Virus record (IMG/VR): IMGVR_UViG_3300049182_000012
Span: 1-26,673 of that record
Length of the DNA: 26,673 bases
Source: a virus
Lineage: Duplodnaviria > Caudoviricetes
Direction: 5' to 3' (one strand)
Below are positions 1 to 9,286 of the stretch, one piece after another. Each line of letters starts with the position of its first letter. Within the stretch, counting starts at the first letter, position 1. The position numbers were made by a program, and so were the translations under genes. The notes beneath the pieces are model-generated. The model was not told the origin of the DNA and searched no databases. It worked only from the letters and a program-made list of their open reading frames with translations.

Positions 1-487
1 GTGCTGCGCGATTGGCATCCGCTTCTGCCTTGCGGAACTCACGATTCTCCGTGCGATCAGCGGCGCGAGCTTCCATCTCCGGCAATTGAGTCATGCCTTG
101 CAAGCCAGCTTGTCGCAGTTGCTGATCCGGCGCTTCCATGAGTGCGGCATAAGCACCACGCATGTTTGCCGGTTGTGCTGGCATGGTCGGGCCTACGCCG
201 TCACCTGGTACGTTTTCAGGCGTGCCCTGAGCCATGGTGTTGAAGTTGCGCAGAGCCTCGGCAATCTTTTGCTGTTGGCCTTCCACAAGTTTCTTTTGTT
301 CACCACGGACAGCGGTTTCCTCGGCATTGCCAACGTATTGACGCAGACCAGAGGCAAGGTATTGCAACGCATTGGGTGCGACATAGTGCCCGCTGACCAT
401 CTGGCCTTGCGGGCTTTGTGCCTCTTGCATCAGTTGGGCGCGGCGCAGCCTGTCGGCAAGTTGCTGCTGTTCAAGTTCGTAGGCCAT
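1..487 (-). CDS. Putative internal virion/DNA ejection protein (partial, runs off the left edge)
   Basis: Not in the ORF track. ATG at 487 with GAGG SD overlapping the upstream TGA. The open frame MAYELEQQQLADRLRRAQLMQEAQSPQGQMVSGHYVAPNALQYLASGL... runs to the window edge. It is Q/A-rich and helical and follows the first ejection gene. Confidence 0.75.
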   Translation of the reverse strand, partial: MAYELEQQQLADRLRRAQLMQEAQSPQGQMVSGHYVAPNALQYLASGLRQYVGNAEETAVRGEQKKLVEGQQQKIAEALRNFNTMAQGTPENVPGDGVGPTMPAQPANMRGAYAALMEAPDQQLRQAGLQGMTQLPEMEARAADRTENREFRKAEADANRAA

Positions 488-496
488 GCGCTTACC

Positions 497-1714
497 TCAA
501 AGTTTGCCGTAGTCAACAGCTTTATAGCCGTCAACTTCAAACACGGCGTCGGGATTGACCAACTCGACCTCTTGCGCCATTACGCCGATTTGAGTAGGCC
601 CACCCCACACATATTCATACGAATACACGTTCAGGCCGTTGTCCATCTTGCCGACCATCTTGATATTCTTTTTCAAGCGGCGGTCGGAAAACAATCCGGA
701 TTTGATGCCAAGGCCAGCAACATCGGTCAGGCCACTAAGCAAACCAGTCATGCCAGCACCAGCCGCATTGTTAGCGGAAATAGCCGCTTGATATTGCGCT
801 TGATTAGCCCCCAACAAATCAGGCCCAGCCGTAGTCGTTTGATTAGAGAACCCTTGGAATTGTGGGTTTTGGACTTGATTACCCGTGCGAAGGGCGTTAA
901 TCAGGTTCAACGGACGATCTTGCAAGTAGGCTTGCTCTTGTAGCGCCGATGCCCGGTTTTGCTGGTCAAGGTTGATGCCTTGCAAAGCAGCTTGAAGTTG
1001 CAGATCGTTTGCCCGCTGACCTTGCAGGACGTTCTCCCGCGAATAAGCATCCGAGCCAAGGGTAATGCCTTGGTTTGCCAATCGAGCGCGTAGAGCCTCT
1101 TCCTGCTGTGCTAGTTGAGGCTGCAAACGGGACATGATGGCTTCTTGCGCCGTCTTGCCCACATCAATAGCCCGAGCCGGGAGCATGGACGTATCCAGCC
1201 CTGGATTCTCGAACAGTTGGCGAACGCTATCAAACCCAGCGTTGGCAGTCTCGCCGTACTTCTGGTTCAATGCAAGCTGCTGGTCCAATGCCGCCTGAGC
1301 TTGCGGCGTCAGGTTCATCGTTTGTTCCCACCCAGCATCGGGGTTCACAGTCTTGAACTGATCCAGAGTAGGAGCCACACCGCTGAAAGGCCCACGCGGG
1401 CCAGATGCCGAAACAGCGCTTATATCGCGCTCTTCAGGACTCAGAAACGGATTCTGAACGCCACCTACAGGTTGAGCCGGAGTGCCTGCGTTGTAAGCCG
1501 CCAGAGACTTGTTGTAGTCGTCCAGAGCCTTGTTATACCCAGCATAGTCGATTGTCTCGACCGGCTTCTGAGTGTAAGTCAGCGACCCGTAAGGGGTGTA
1601 TTGATTGATGCGGTTGGCTTGAGTAGCCGCCCGCGCAGCTTCAAGGTTGCCCGCAGCCGTTTCTTTGGCTGCTGCCGTGTAATCGGGAGCGGGAGGGGGT
1701 GAGGGCGCGCACAT
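497..1714 (-). CDS. Putative DNA ejection/pilot protein with C-terminal intramolecular chaperone (Peptidase S74-like) domain
   Basis: N-terminus CAPSPPPAPDYTAAA...NRINQYTPYGS, Q/A-rich body. C-terminal FSDRRLKKNI...GVMAQEVE...PDAV...VDY matches the S74/ICA motif. Start moved to ATG 1714 (GGAG SD at 1721-1724). Confidence 0.75.
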   Translation of the reverse strand: MCAPSPPPAPDYTAAAKETAAGNLEAARAATQANRINQYTPYGSLTYTQKPVETIDYAGYNKALDDYNKSLAAYNAGTPAQPVGGVQNPFLSPEERDISAVSASGPRGPFSGVAPTLDQFKTVNPDAGWEQTMNLTPQAQAALDQQLALNQKYGETANAGFDSVRQLFENPGLDTSMLPARAIDVGKTAQEAIMSRLQPQLAQQEEALRARLANQGITLGSDAYSRENVLQGQRANDLQLQAALQGINLDQQNRASALQEQAYLQDRPLNLINALRTGNQVQNPQFQGFSNQTTTAGPDLLGANQAQYQAAISANNAAGAGMTGLLSGLTDVAGLGIKSGLFSDRRLKKNIKMVGKMDNGLNVYSYEYVWGGPTQIGVMAQEVELVNPDAVFEVDGYKAVDYGKL

Positions 1715-1715
1715 A

Positions 1716-2183
1716 TCAATCTCCAAAAACTAAAGTCATGGCATGTGCGGTTTGCGCGTAGCCCATTCTACCTAAGAGCTTTGAAACCCGCAAATCCGTT
1801 GCCGTGGTGATGTTCAATCGCTTAACGCCACGAGATTTCAACTCATCATGTACGAAACGAATCAACGCTTTACCTGTTCCGTTTCGATGCTCAGGAAGAA
1901 TATAAATCGTATCCTCTTGAGCAATCAATTCAGAATTGTGCATGTCCTGGGTGACATAGATGTTGGAATACCCAACAACCTGCCCATCCAACCTAGCGAC
2001 AAAATTCAACAACCATCCGTCTTTGCAAGCCTGCTCATAAGTAGACAAACGCGGGTTGTAATCTCCAATGACCACACCTGTTTCTTGTAGGCGGGTTTGC
2101 ATTTCCTTGTAATGCTTGCGATAGAGTGGCTCCAACTCTTTGTAAGAGTCCTTGAACTTCTCAATCGCAAAACAATAGATCAA
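1716..2183 (-). CDS. GNAT-family N-acetyltransferase
   Basis: Acetyl-CoA motif A IYILPEHRNGTGKALI, then LKSRGVKRL and LLGRMGY. Confidence 0.85.
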   Translation of the reverse strand: MIYCFAIEKFKDSYKELEPLYRKHYKEMQTRLQETGVVIGDYNPRLSTYEQACKDGWLLNFVARLDGQVVGYSNIYVTQDMHNSELIAQEDTIYILPEHRNGTGKALIRFVHDELKSRGVKRLNITTATDLRVSKLLGRMGYAQTAHAMTLVFGD

Positions 2184-3691
2184 AGAACGCCTCCAACCTG
2201 CATTAAGTAATCAATATTGGTCAGCCTTACGTCACTACCAGAGTTGTAGCACTGAATACGCAAAGACCCAGAAGTCCCAATTTTACCGACAGTGCGCCAG
2301 CCTGTAATCCGCGTCCCATTTCCAGGCCAAATCATCTGTCCCCAGACCATTTGCCCCCAGATCATGGGGGTTGTAGGTTCTTCCGGCTCGTAATCCACGT
2401 TCATGATGAACGAGATTAGCGGATCATCTGTCCCGCTTACGATGAAATACGGGCGAACCATCGTAAAGAACTTGTTCCGCACCGGGGCTTTGAAGTCGCT
2501 AAATGCTGGCAGCAAATCACCAAATATCGGCGTATCGTCGTCGGCGTTGCCAGTCCAAGCCTGCTTAATAGTCGTGCCGTCGCCGAAGTACAAGCCATTG
2601 AACGAGTTCAGCCAAACAGTGGCATCCCAGCCGACAAACTTAGCCCAAGCACCCGTGATGATGTTTTGGGCGTATTGGAAGTTATTCCCATTCCCCTCGG
2701 GGACGTTCACAATCAGCATGTTGGCATCGGGAAACAATTCCACTTGCCAGCCAAAGTTGTTCCGGTAGAGGTCTGAAGCCTCTGAGATGCTGTTTTGCAC
2801 CTTGTCAGTGAGAGCTACCCGACGGTCCACCGACGAAGACAACAGAGCGCGAGTCAAGGGGAAAACGCCCTCAACAGTCAACAGTGCAAGGTCGCCACCG
2901 TACTTAGTGGCACACCGACGCCCCAACGGACGGCCAACAACAAACACGCCAATCAGCGCCCAAGTCGCGGCAGTAGATGGGTCAGTGCCACCATAGACCG
3001 CCACCTCGCCATTGGTGGACACGATCACTAAATGGTCGTCTTGTCCTGCACCCGCGTCAATACTCCATGTGTAAGCGGCCATGATTGAGCCACCCAGACG
3101 GAACACTGAACCCAGATCAAGCAAAGACGCAGCACCGCCGACAGAGTTAACCGGCAAGTACCAGAGATTCATCGAGTTCACCTCGGTGAAATACAGCCGG
3201 TTTTTGAACAAGCACACATGAACCAAATTGGTCGTAGTCACACCCGTTATAGCGGGAGTGGATGCGCCAGTAATCGAGGTCCAAGTTGTGCCGTTGTAGA
3301 GCTTCGGAGTGTCTGCCCCGTTCACCATGTAGAGGAACGACCCCCCCGGAGTCGTGATCCCTGCATGTTGAAAGCGGGCATTTGTCAGGCCAGAGACTAC
3401 AGCCGCCCCCACCGCACCGGCAGTCGTCACATCGTAGATGCCCGTACCAGCCGCAGCAAATAGCTTAGAGACACCGGTAACCGGCAGGTATTCCACCAGC
3501 GTTTCAGTGCGGGCAGGCATGCCCGTTACATGGGTTTCGCTGCCTTGACGAATTCCCACATACGAGGGATAGGGCCACCAGTTATCCATCACAACCGCAT
3601 CGGTTGCGGGCATGTCGGCCACTGAGTCGCGGTTGTTCAACCCCCCCACAGGGGCTGGAATGGACGATGCTTTAGCGGTAGGACGGACCAT
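2180..3691 (-). CDS. Tail nozzle / packaged-DNA stabilisation protein (P22 gp10 / tail tubular B-like)
   Basis: 503 aa, beta-propeller-like composition, N-terminal PAPVGGLN motif, directly downstream of the adaptor. Confidence 0.75.
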   Translation of the reverse strand: MVRPTAKASSIPAPVGGLNNRDSVADMPATDAVVMDNWWPYPSYVGIRQGSETHVTGMPARTETLVEYLPVTGVSKLFAAAGTGIYDVTTAGAVGAAVVSGLTNARFQHAGITTPGGSFLYMVNGADTPKLYNGTTWTSITGASTPAITGVTTTNLVHVCLFKNRLYFTEVNSMNLWYLPVNSVGGAASLLDLGSVFRLGGSIMAAYTWSIDAGAGQDDHLVIVSTNGEVAVYGGTDPSTAATWALIGVFVVGRPLGRRCATKYGGDLALLTVEGVFPLTRALLSSSVDRRVALTDKVQNSISEASDLYRNNFGWQVELFPDANMLIVNVPEGNGNNFQYAQNIITGAWAKFVGWDATVWLNSFNGLYFGDGTTIKQAWTGNADDDTPIFGDLLPAFSDFKAPVRNKFFTMVRPYFIVSGTDDPLISFIMNVDYEPEEPTTPMIWGQMVWGQMIWPGNGTRITGWRTVGKIGTSGSLRIQCYNSGSDVRLTNIDYLMQVGGVL

Positions 3692-3693
3692 GG

Positions 3694-4590
3694 TTAGCTG
3701 GGGTAATTGCCGTCCGGCAGTTGGCGATCAGAGATCAGCACCGTCCCATACATCGGGGAGAGCGTCAGCACCGGAGCGCTGCGGTTCTGCGACTTGTTCG
3801 CCTCAAGGATGGCGCGGAACTCCGACAAGTCAAACGTGCCGTCAAGCCCCTTTGCAGCCTTCCACAGAGCTTTTAAACCCGTGATAAGCAGCGAGTCCTC
3901 GTAAACCGCCGTGTCGGTGTCTGCCGTGTAGGACGACTTCCGAACACCGTTCACATCCTGCACCCAACCATTGCTGATGTACTCAAACGACAACACCAGC
4001 CCATTAGGCGGGGGAGGCGTCAGAGCAAGCGTGTTTTGCAGGATGCGGAAACGTTCACGCGGACCGGCGTAGACAATCCCAGACTTGAAGCTCTGCCAGT
4101 CTTGAGGGGAGCGCGGGCCAAGCAAAGGCCACCGGTTGGAGCGGTCCCACTCAGTTTGGGGAATCTGCTTCTTCCAGTCGCTCGGCAGGTCGTACTCGAC
4201 TTGGGAGAACTGAATGTCAACAGTCCCCGAGCTTTCGGCAGGCATTTGCAACGTCACCTGGGTCGCGCTGTCAACGCTGACCACTTGAGCGAATGGCGTA
4301 ATCCCATCGCCAAACGCAGAAAATTGAGTGGTAATCCCGGTCGTGTCGGGAATACCAGTCACCACGGCAGACCCTTGTGTAAGAGTCCCCGTGGTGTTAA
4401 TTGCCACAGTCGTGACAATGTATTCATTGTTCAACTGTTGCCAATCGTACTGACGGGTGAGGTCAGTACCTAGGCGATTGAGCAGCGCGAGAATCTGCCT
4501 TGTCTGCTGGTCAGAGGAACCAACAACCGACGTTGGTCGGTCAATCAGTAGCTCATCACATATTTGTTGGACCAGCGTGATAAGGTTCAT
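3694..4590 (-). CDS. Head-tail adaptor (tail tubular protein A-like) with a beta-rich insertion
   Basis: N-terminus MNLITLVQQICDELL...LLN...YDWQQL, then EYDLPSDW and LTPPP...FEYIS motifs. Position before the nozzle gene. Confidence 0.7.
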   Translation of the reverse strand: MNLITLVQQICDELLIDRPTSVVGSSDQQTRQILALLNRLGTDLTRQYDWQQLNNEYIVTTVAINTTGTLTQGSAVVTGIPDTTGITTQFSAFGDGITPFAQVVSVDSATQVTLQMPAESSGTVDIQFSQVEYDLPSDWKKQIPQTEWDRSNRWPLLGPRSPQDWQSFKSGIVYAGPRERFRILQNTLALTPPPPNGLVLSFEYISNGWVQDVNGVRKSSYTADTDTAVYEDSLLITGLKALWKAAKGLDGTFDLSEFRAILEANKSQNRSAPVLTLSPMYGTVLISDRQLPDGNYPS

Positions 4591-4601
4591 TTGATTCTCG
4601 A

Positions 4602-5153
4602 TTATGCGGTTTCGGCGTCTGCCTCAGCCTCTTTTTTAGGCCGACCCCGGCGGATTTCCGGGTTTTGCATACTGGCTTTCAGTGCTTCCAATTCTAGGCG
4701 GAAACGCTCATTTTCGGCTTGCAAAGCAGCAATCGGAGCTTGTCCAGCGGCAGCAGCAAGATAGTCCCGCGCCTTCTTGCGCAGTTCAATCCAGCCCATG
4801 CCCATACGCTGGCAAGCAGCGTCGTTCACTTCAGACAGGTTTTCCACGGTCTTGACGCCGAAGTAAGCTGCCTCTTTGCACTGCGACTTGGTGATTTGCG
4901 GCCATTGCTCCAAAGGAGTTCCGATCACTTCGCCCACAAGACCAGCTTCAAACGCTTGCCACTGACGGGCATATTTGCGCTTGTAGTGTTCGTCTGCCTT
5001 GACTTCCAGCACGTTCAGGCGGTCGCCAGGGTGTTGGATGCGAATGAATGGGATTTCCTTATAAATCGGTCGGCCTGCTTTTTCGCTTTCAGCCTTGAAC
5101 TCAACCGACTCCATGAAGAACTCAACAAAACTGCCAGTCTGAGGATTGCTCAT
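4602..5153 (-). CDS. Phage protein of unknown function (possible HhH segment, C-terminal coiled coil and RRGRPKK)
   Basis: 183 aa with AAGG SD, tightly packed in the head-tail region. Contains GTPLEQWP...GVKTVENLSEV. Confidence 0.7.
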   Translation of the reverse strand: MSNPQTGSFVEFFMESVEFKAESEKAGRPIYKEIPFIRIQHPGDRLNVLEVKADEHYKRKYARQWQAFEAGLVGEVIGTPLEQWPQITKSQCKEAAYFGVKTVENLSEVNDAACQRMGMGWIELRKKARDYLAAAAGQAPIAALQAENERFRLELEALKASMQNPEIRRGRPKKEAEADAETA

Positions 5154-5177
5154 TTGACTACCTTAAAACACCAAGAG

Positions 5178-5198
5178 AAAAAGGGGGCCGAAGCCCCC
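5178..5198 (-). terminator. Intrinsic terminator
   Basis: Minus strand GGGGGC-TTCG-GCCCCC-TTTTT, a cUUCGg tetraloop stem followed by a U-tract. Confidence 0.8.
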
Positions 5199-5202
5199 GC
5201 CA

Positions 5203-5571
5203 TTATGCGGACACGACAGCAAACCAGTTGGTATTGGTCACGCCCACAAACTCAGCGCGCCCACCAGCAGCAACCGACAGAGTGCCGGTCGTTGCGGTCA
5301 GAGCGTTGATCTGAACACCAGTGCCAGGGTAAACCAGCAGTGCGTTAGCACCACTGTTGATCACCATGACACGCTCACCAGGGTTAGGCACAGGCAGTTT
5401 AACGCCCGTACCTGCCGCAGTGGTAGTAACGCGGTTGATGGCCGCGCCAAGTTGCAGAGCATCTGCGTTCGTGGTGCCAGTCGCGGTCAGCGTGTTGGCA
5501 ACAGAACCCAGAATGCCCGTAGCTTGCAGAGACGGCGTACCTGCGCCGGTCAGTTCTTGAAGCAGGGACAT
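5203..5571 (-). CDS. Putative capsid decoration/structural protein
   Basis: 122 aa, T/A/G-rich beta composition (GVKLP...VINSGANALLVYP), downstream of the capsid gene. Confidence 0.6.
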   Translation of the reverse strand: MSLLQELTGAGTPSLQATGILGSVANTLTATGTTNADALQLGAAINRVTTTAAGTGVKLPVPNPGERVMVINSGANALLVYPGTGVQINALTATTGTLSVAAGGRAEFVGVTNTNWFAVVSA

Positions 5572-5581
5572 TCAAGCCACC

Positions 5582-5884
5582 TTAGACGGAAGCCACCGAG
5601 AACCAGCCACGGTCGCCGGTTGCCATAGAAACAGCAGGCGAGGTAGCCGAGCCACCAGATGCGGCCACAGTGAAGTTGGTGGTGTTAATCAAGCACACAG
5701 CAGTCGATGCGCTGATCGACGCGGCAGCTTGGCCGTAGATGTAACGGCGGCCATTCGATGCAAAGACTTGCGTGCCCAGTTGGGGCGCGTCTTCAGCACC
5801 AGACGAAGGGCCAACGTCAGCAGCCAGAGTGGTGGTGTTCAGGTCCACGCCCAGCATCGGGGTAACGGTAAACGGAGTAGCCAT
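5582..5884 (-). CDS. Putative capsid decoration (cement) protein
   Basis: 100 aa immediately after the capsid gene, AAAGGA SD, LGT...YIY...GWF pattern. Confidence 0.65.
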   Translation of the reverse strand: MATPFTVTPMLGVDLNTTTLAADVGPSSGAEDAPQLGTQVFASNGRRYIYGQAAASISASTAVCLINTTNFTVAASGGSATSPAVSMATGDRGWFSVASV

Positions 5885-5916
5885 GATTCAATTCCTTTCA
5901 ATGTGAGATGTGCGAG

Positions 5917-5933
5917 AAAGGGGCCGAAGCCCC
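5917..5933 (-). terminator. Weak intrinsic terminator or stabilising hairpin after the capsid gene
   Basis: Minus strand GGGGC-TTCG-GCCCC-TTTCTC, with a short U-tract. Confidence 0.65.
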
Positions 5934-5938
5934 AATCA

Positions 5939-6931
5939 TCAATCCGTCAGAACACCCTGGTAACGAGCGCCCGAACTGGTCAGGTTACCAGCCCAGCCGA
6001 TCAGACGAACCATGGCGTCTTGGTTGACCGATTGACGGTCACCGCCGATGGCAACGAAGTTGCGCTCACGGTGCGGACGGAAGAAGATGTACTTCGTGTT
6101 CAGGAAGTACATGCGGTTGGTGTTCAACTGACCACCAATGCCACCGTCGAGGAACACATCGCAGTTGAAACCAGCGCCGAAGTACTTCAGCGAGGTAAAG
6201 CCCGAACCAGCGGACGACTCCGAGGTGATACGCTGGATTGCTTGCAGGCTTTCCAGGTAGAAGCGGTAGTAGTTGTTGCCAGCAACGATCATGTCAGGGC
6301 GGTCCGAACCACGCACCAGTTGAACGGCAACGCGGTTCATGTAGCTCTGCATGTTTGCAGCCGAAGCAGCCGCGCCGCCATCGGTGGTTGCATCGAATGC
6401 AATGTTGCGCCAGAACGAGAAGTTCGTGCGGTTGATGCCACCGTAGGTGCCGGATGCAGGCGAAGCAGCGACAGCCAGCGCGAGGCCGGTAATGTCTTTG
6501 CCGCCGTTGCCGGTGCCGTCAGAGTAGATGCCAGCGGAAATGTCGTTTTCCAGTTGGGCTTCTGCCACCTGGATACGGCCTTCCAGTAGGTCGATGATCT
6601 GCTCTTTGCCCGAGTTTTGCAGCATTTCCAGGCCGTTGATCGACACGGCGGCAGCGTACTGCTTGATGTCGAACTGGGCCGCAGAAATGGGGCTATTCGG
6701 GGTGATGTCGATGATGTCGTAACCGGAGTACGAACCAGCGTTCTCGGTGCTGGTGTCGTTGTACATCAGCTCTTGCAGAATGACGTTGCCGCCACTGAAG
6801 GGCTTGACGTTACCGCGCTCACGCAGTTTCGACAGCAGGGCATTGTTGTTGGTCACGTTGTCTGCCAGAGCGGCAGATCGCGACTGAATGGTGGTGGCGA
6901 CGATGTCGCTCAAGTTTGCAAAAGTAGCCAT
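5939..6931 (-). CDS. Major capsid protein (HK97 fold, podovirus type)
   Basis: 330 aa with LSDIVATTI...LADNV...NNALL, NSGKEQIIDLL and YSDGTG motifs. GAGG SD, follows the scaffold gene. Confidence 0.9.
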   Translation of the reverse strand: MATFANLSDIVATTIQSRSAALADNVTNNNALLSKLRERGNVKPFSGGNVILQELMYNDTSTENAGSYSGYDIIDITPNSPISAAQFDIKQYAAAVSINGLEMLQNSGKEQIIDLLEGRIQVAEAQLENDISAGIYSDGTGNGGKDITGLALAVAASPASGTYGGINRTNFSFWRNIAFDATTDGGAAASAANMQSYMNRVAVQLVRGSDRPDMIVAGNNYYRFYLESLQAIQRITSESSAGSGFTSLKYFGAGFNCDVFLDGGIGGQLNTNRMYFLNTKYIFFRPHRERNFVAIGGDRQSVNQDAMVRLIGWAGNLTSSGARYQGVLTD

Positions 6932-6943
6932 TGTGTACCTCTG

Positions 6944-7942
6944 TTAGTTTTCAAATTGCGAGGAAAGAATGTCTCGCAGTGAGCCTTTAGTCCCGGGCTG
7001 AACCCCAGTCGAAGCCGGGCTACTTCCTTTCACACTTACTGCGGCGGTTCTCGCTCGCTGTGCATGATTGTGAGCCTGTGCTACCTTCTGAGCCTCTGCG
7101 CGTTGCTGTTCCAACAGGGTTTGCCTAGTGTCTGCACGCATCCATACAGCCATTTCGTATGCCTGTTCTAACGATGTGGCTTTGCCGGTTTCCAGCAAGT
7201 CTGCCATATCGTTCCGCACGGCATCGAAGTGCGGTTTGCCATTAGAAGAAAACGATTGCAACTCTTGTTGCGCTCTCATTTGCTCCTGCTGGGCAATTTG
7301 ATTTTGCCACATTTGTTGCTGTTGGCGCAACTCATGCATCTGCTGCATCAAATATTGTGCTTGCGGGTCAGGTGCAGGCATGTTTTGCACTTGCCCCAGA
7401 TCAATCCCGTATTCCCTCGCCAGTTGTTGGAAATACTGAGCTTTGGTGGCTGGGTCAGCAGTTCGCAATGTCACATCAGCACGCATCAAAGCCTGAATTG
7501 CGGTAGGCGCATCAACGCCCAAGCGTTGCAGATGCTGCTGGAATGGAGCGATGGCGTTGTCGTATGCCTTGGCCCGCTCCGAATGCGACTTAAATTCGGA
7601 TACACCCTTGTGGAAATCCGATTCCCGGCGTTCAGCTTCTGCCGTGAGTAGCTTGATTTCCTCGCTGGTCAGCGGCTCGCCTCGATCTGCCTTCAGAAAG
7701 GCTTCTTGAGCGGCAGGCTTCCAGCTTGAGGGAGCGCGGCGAGGTGGCGGGGCTTCTTCAGGCTGGGGGGTCTCGATAGGCTGCACTTCCTCAGACTTGG
7801 GCGCGAACTTGCCCGAAGCATCGCGGGCGGGACCGCTAGACGGCTCTGGAGCCTCTACAGGCTCAACAGATGGGGTATCAACTACCTCAGTCTGTGTATC
7901 TTCTTCAAATGCGCCTTCAAGGGCTTCACGGAGACTCGGCAT
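6944..7942 (-). CDS. Capsid scaffolding protein
   Basis: Acidic Pro-rich N-terminus (RDASGKF, APSSW), Q-rich coiled coil, LEQAYEMAVW. Directly upstream of the capsid gene. Confidence 0.8.
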   Translation of the reverse strand: MPSLREALEGAFEEDTQTEVVDTPSVEPVEAPEPSSGPARDASGKFAPKSEEVQPIETPQPEEAPPPRRAPSSWKPAAQEAFLKADRGEPLTSEEIKLLTAEAERRESDFHKGVSEFKSHSERAKAYDNAIAPFQQHLQRLGVDAPTAIQALMRADVTLRTADPATKAQYFQQLAREYGIDLGQVQNMPAPDPQAQYLMQQMHELRQQQQMWQNQIAQQEQMRAQQELQSFSSNGKPHFDAVRNDMADLLETGKATSLEQAYEMAVWMRADTRQTLLEQQRAEAQKVAQAHNHAQRARTAAVSVKGSSPASTGVQPGTKGSLRDILSSQFEN

Positions 7943-7973
7943 AAGGGATTTCCTTTGCGTGGTTAAAAAACTG

Positions 7974-8273
7974 TCAGAAGCCTTTGGCTGTTAGAACCTC
8001 AGCAATCGCACGGCGTCGGCCTTCTCGGTCGTCTTTAGGGCGATGTTGCGTCATTGCCGCTTTCACCTCATTCCCAATTTCAATCAAGCCATGCTGGCGA
8101 AGATGTGCCCGATGCTGAGAGCGGGACGTAATCATCTCGCCCGTTTGCATGGATTGGTAAGGCTGAATGTCGGGAATGACGTAAGGCGCGGCAGGCTCTT
8201 GCGAGTCGTACCATTCCTCGGCGGGGATCAGCTTATGTGTCTTGGGGTCTTGGATGTAGCGTTGGCGCGGCAT
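7974..8273 (-). CDS. Head-region protein of unknown function
   Basis: 99 aa containing DIQPYQSMQTGEMITSRSQHRAHLRQHGLIEIGNE, tightly packed. Confidence 0.7.
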   Translation of the reverse strand: MPRQRYIQDPKTHKLIPAEEWYDSQEPAAPYVIPDIQPYQSMQTGEMITSRSQHRAHLRQHGLIEIGNEVKAAMTQHRPKDDREGRRRAIAEVLTAKGF

Positions 8274-8274
8274 A

Positions 8275-9282
8275 TTAGATCATCAACAAAATGGTTTCAA
8301 TGTCGTCTTCTTCTCGCTCAATCTCGACTTGTCGCAACTGTGCAGCGATGATTATCTGCTTTGCAATGAGATTTTGCAAAACAACGTTGGATTGTATTTG
8401 CTCAACCGTAACACTATTGGGCAAAACAGACGGTGCAACCTCACGCACAACGGTCGCAGCCTGCTCTGGGTCATCCTGAACATATTCGACGACTTCTTCT
8501 AATGTGGGCGGCTTTTCTTTGCGCTCCCACATTTGCCGATACTTCTTTGCCCACCATGCGCCGTAGTGCCCGCCAACCAAAGGCGCTGGCGATCCGTTTT
8601 CGGCCTGCCCAGAGACAGACGAACCACCGCCAACCAAAACACCAGATGTGTCGTGGCTTACCGCACCGCTTGCCCTAGATGCAGAGCCGACAATAGAAGA
8701 GCCGCTACCAGACAATACACCCGATGTGGCATGAATGGTCGGAGCGCCCGTCCTAGCTGCCGCGCCATCAACCACTGATCCAGAGCCAATCAAAGCACCC
8801 GATGTGCTGTGCGGGGTGAAGTTGGACGCAGCACCGACCACCGACGATCCAGGCCCGGCCAGCACACCAGACGAAGGATGGACGCGAGTACGGTCGGCAG
8901 TACCTACTACGGTTGATCCTTGGCCGGTCAGTACCCCAGAGGTCGAATGAGGCGTGAAGTTGCTTGCAGCGCCGACGATGCTGGAGCCTTGGCCGCTGAG
9001 TGCGCCGGTCGTAGCGTGCGTGACAGCTCCACCAGTGCGGGCAGCAGAACCGACAACACTGCCGATTTGACCTGTCAGTGCCCCACTTGTGCTGTGAACC
9101 GTAAAGTTAGTGGCCGCGCCTACGACAGCGGAGCCGGCACCAGTCAGAACGCCAGATGTAGCGTGAGTCGCTGGCCCAGCAGCCGGACCTAACAGGCTGG
9201 AATCAAACCATCCCGCAACGGCCAGTTCTTCATCAAACCAGCCTGAAGCGTTGATTTCCGGGTCAAACAGCCCGTTTGCCAT
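8275..9282 (-). CDS. Repeat-containing putative fibre/structural protein
   Basis: Eight 23-26 aa repeats HxTSGxLxGxGSxVxGxA, followed by a helical C-terminus ending EEDDIETILLMI. Confidence 0.7.
   Translation of the reverse strand: MANGLFDPEINASGWFDEELAVAGWFDSSLLGPAAGPATHATSGVLTGAGSAVVGAATNFTVHSTSGALTGQIGSVVGSAARTGGAVTHATTGALSGQGSSIVGAASNFTPHSTSGVLTGQGSTVVGTADRTRVHPSSGVLAGPGSSVVGAASNFTPHSTSGALIGSGSVVDGAAARTGAPTIHATSGVLSGSGSSIVGSASRASGAVSHDTSGVLVGGGSSVSGQAENGSPAPLVGGHYGAWWAKKYRQMWERKEKPPTLEEVVEYVQDDPEQAATVVREVAPSVLPNSVTVEQIQSNVVLQNLIAKQIIIAAQLRQVEIEREEDDIETILLMI
8590..9170 (-). repeat. Tandem coding repeat (8 units with invariant His; boundaries approximate)
   Basis: THATSGVLTG / VHSTSGALTG / THATTGALSG / PHSTSGVLTG / VHPSSGVLAG / PHSTSGALIG / IHATSGVLSG / SHDTSGVLVG. 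Confidence 0.85.
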
Positions 9283-9286
9283 TACG

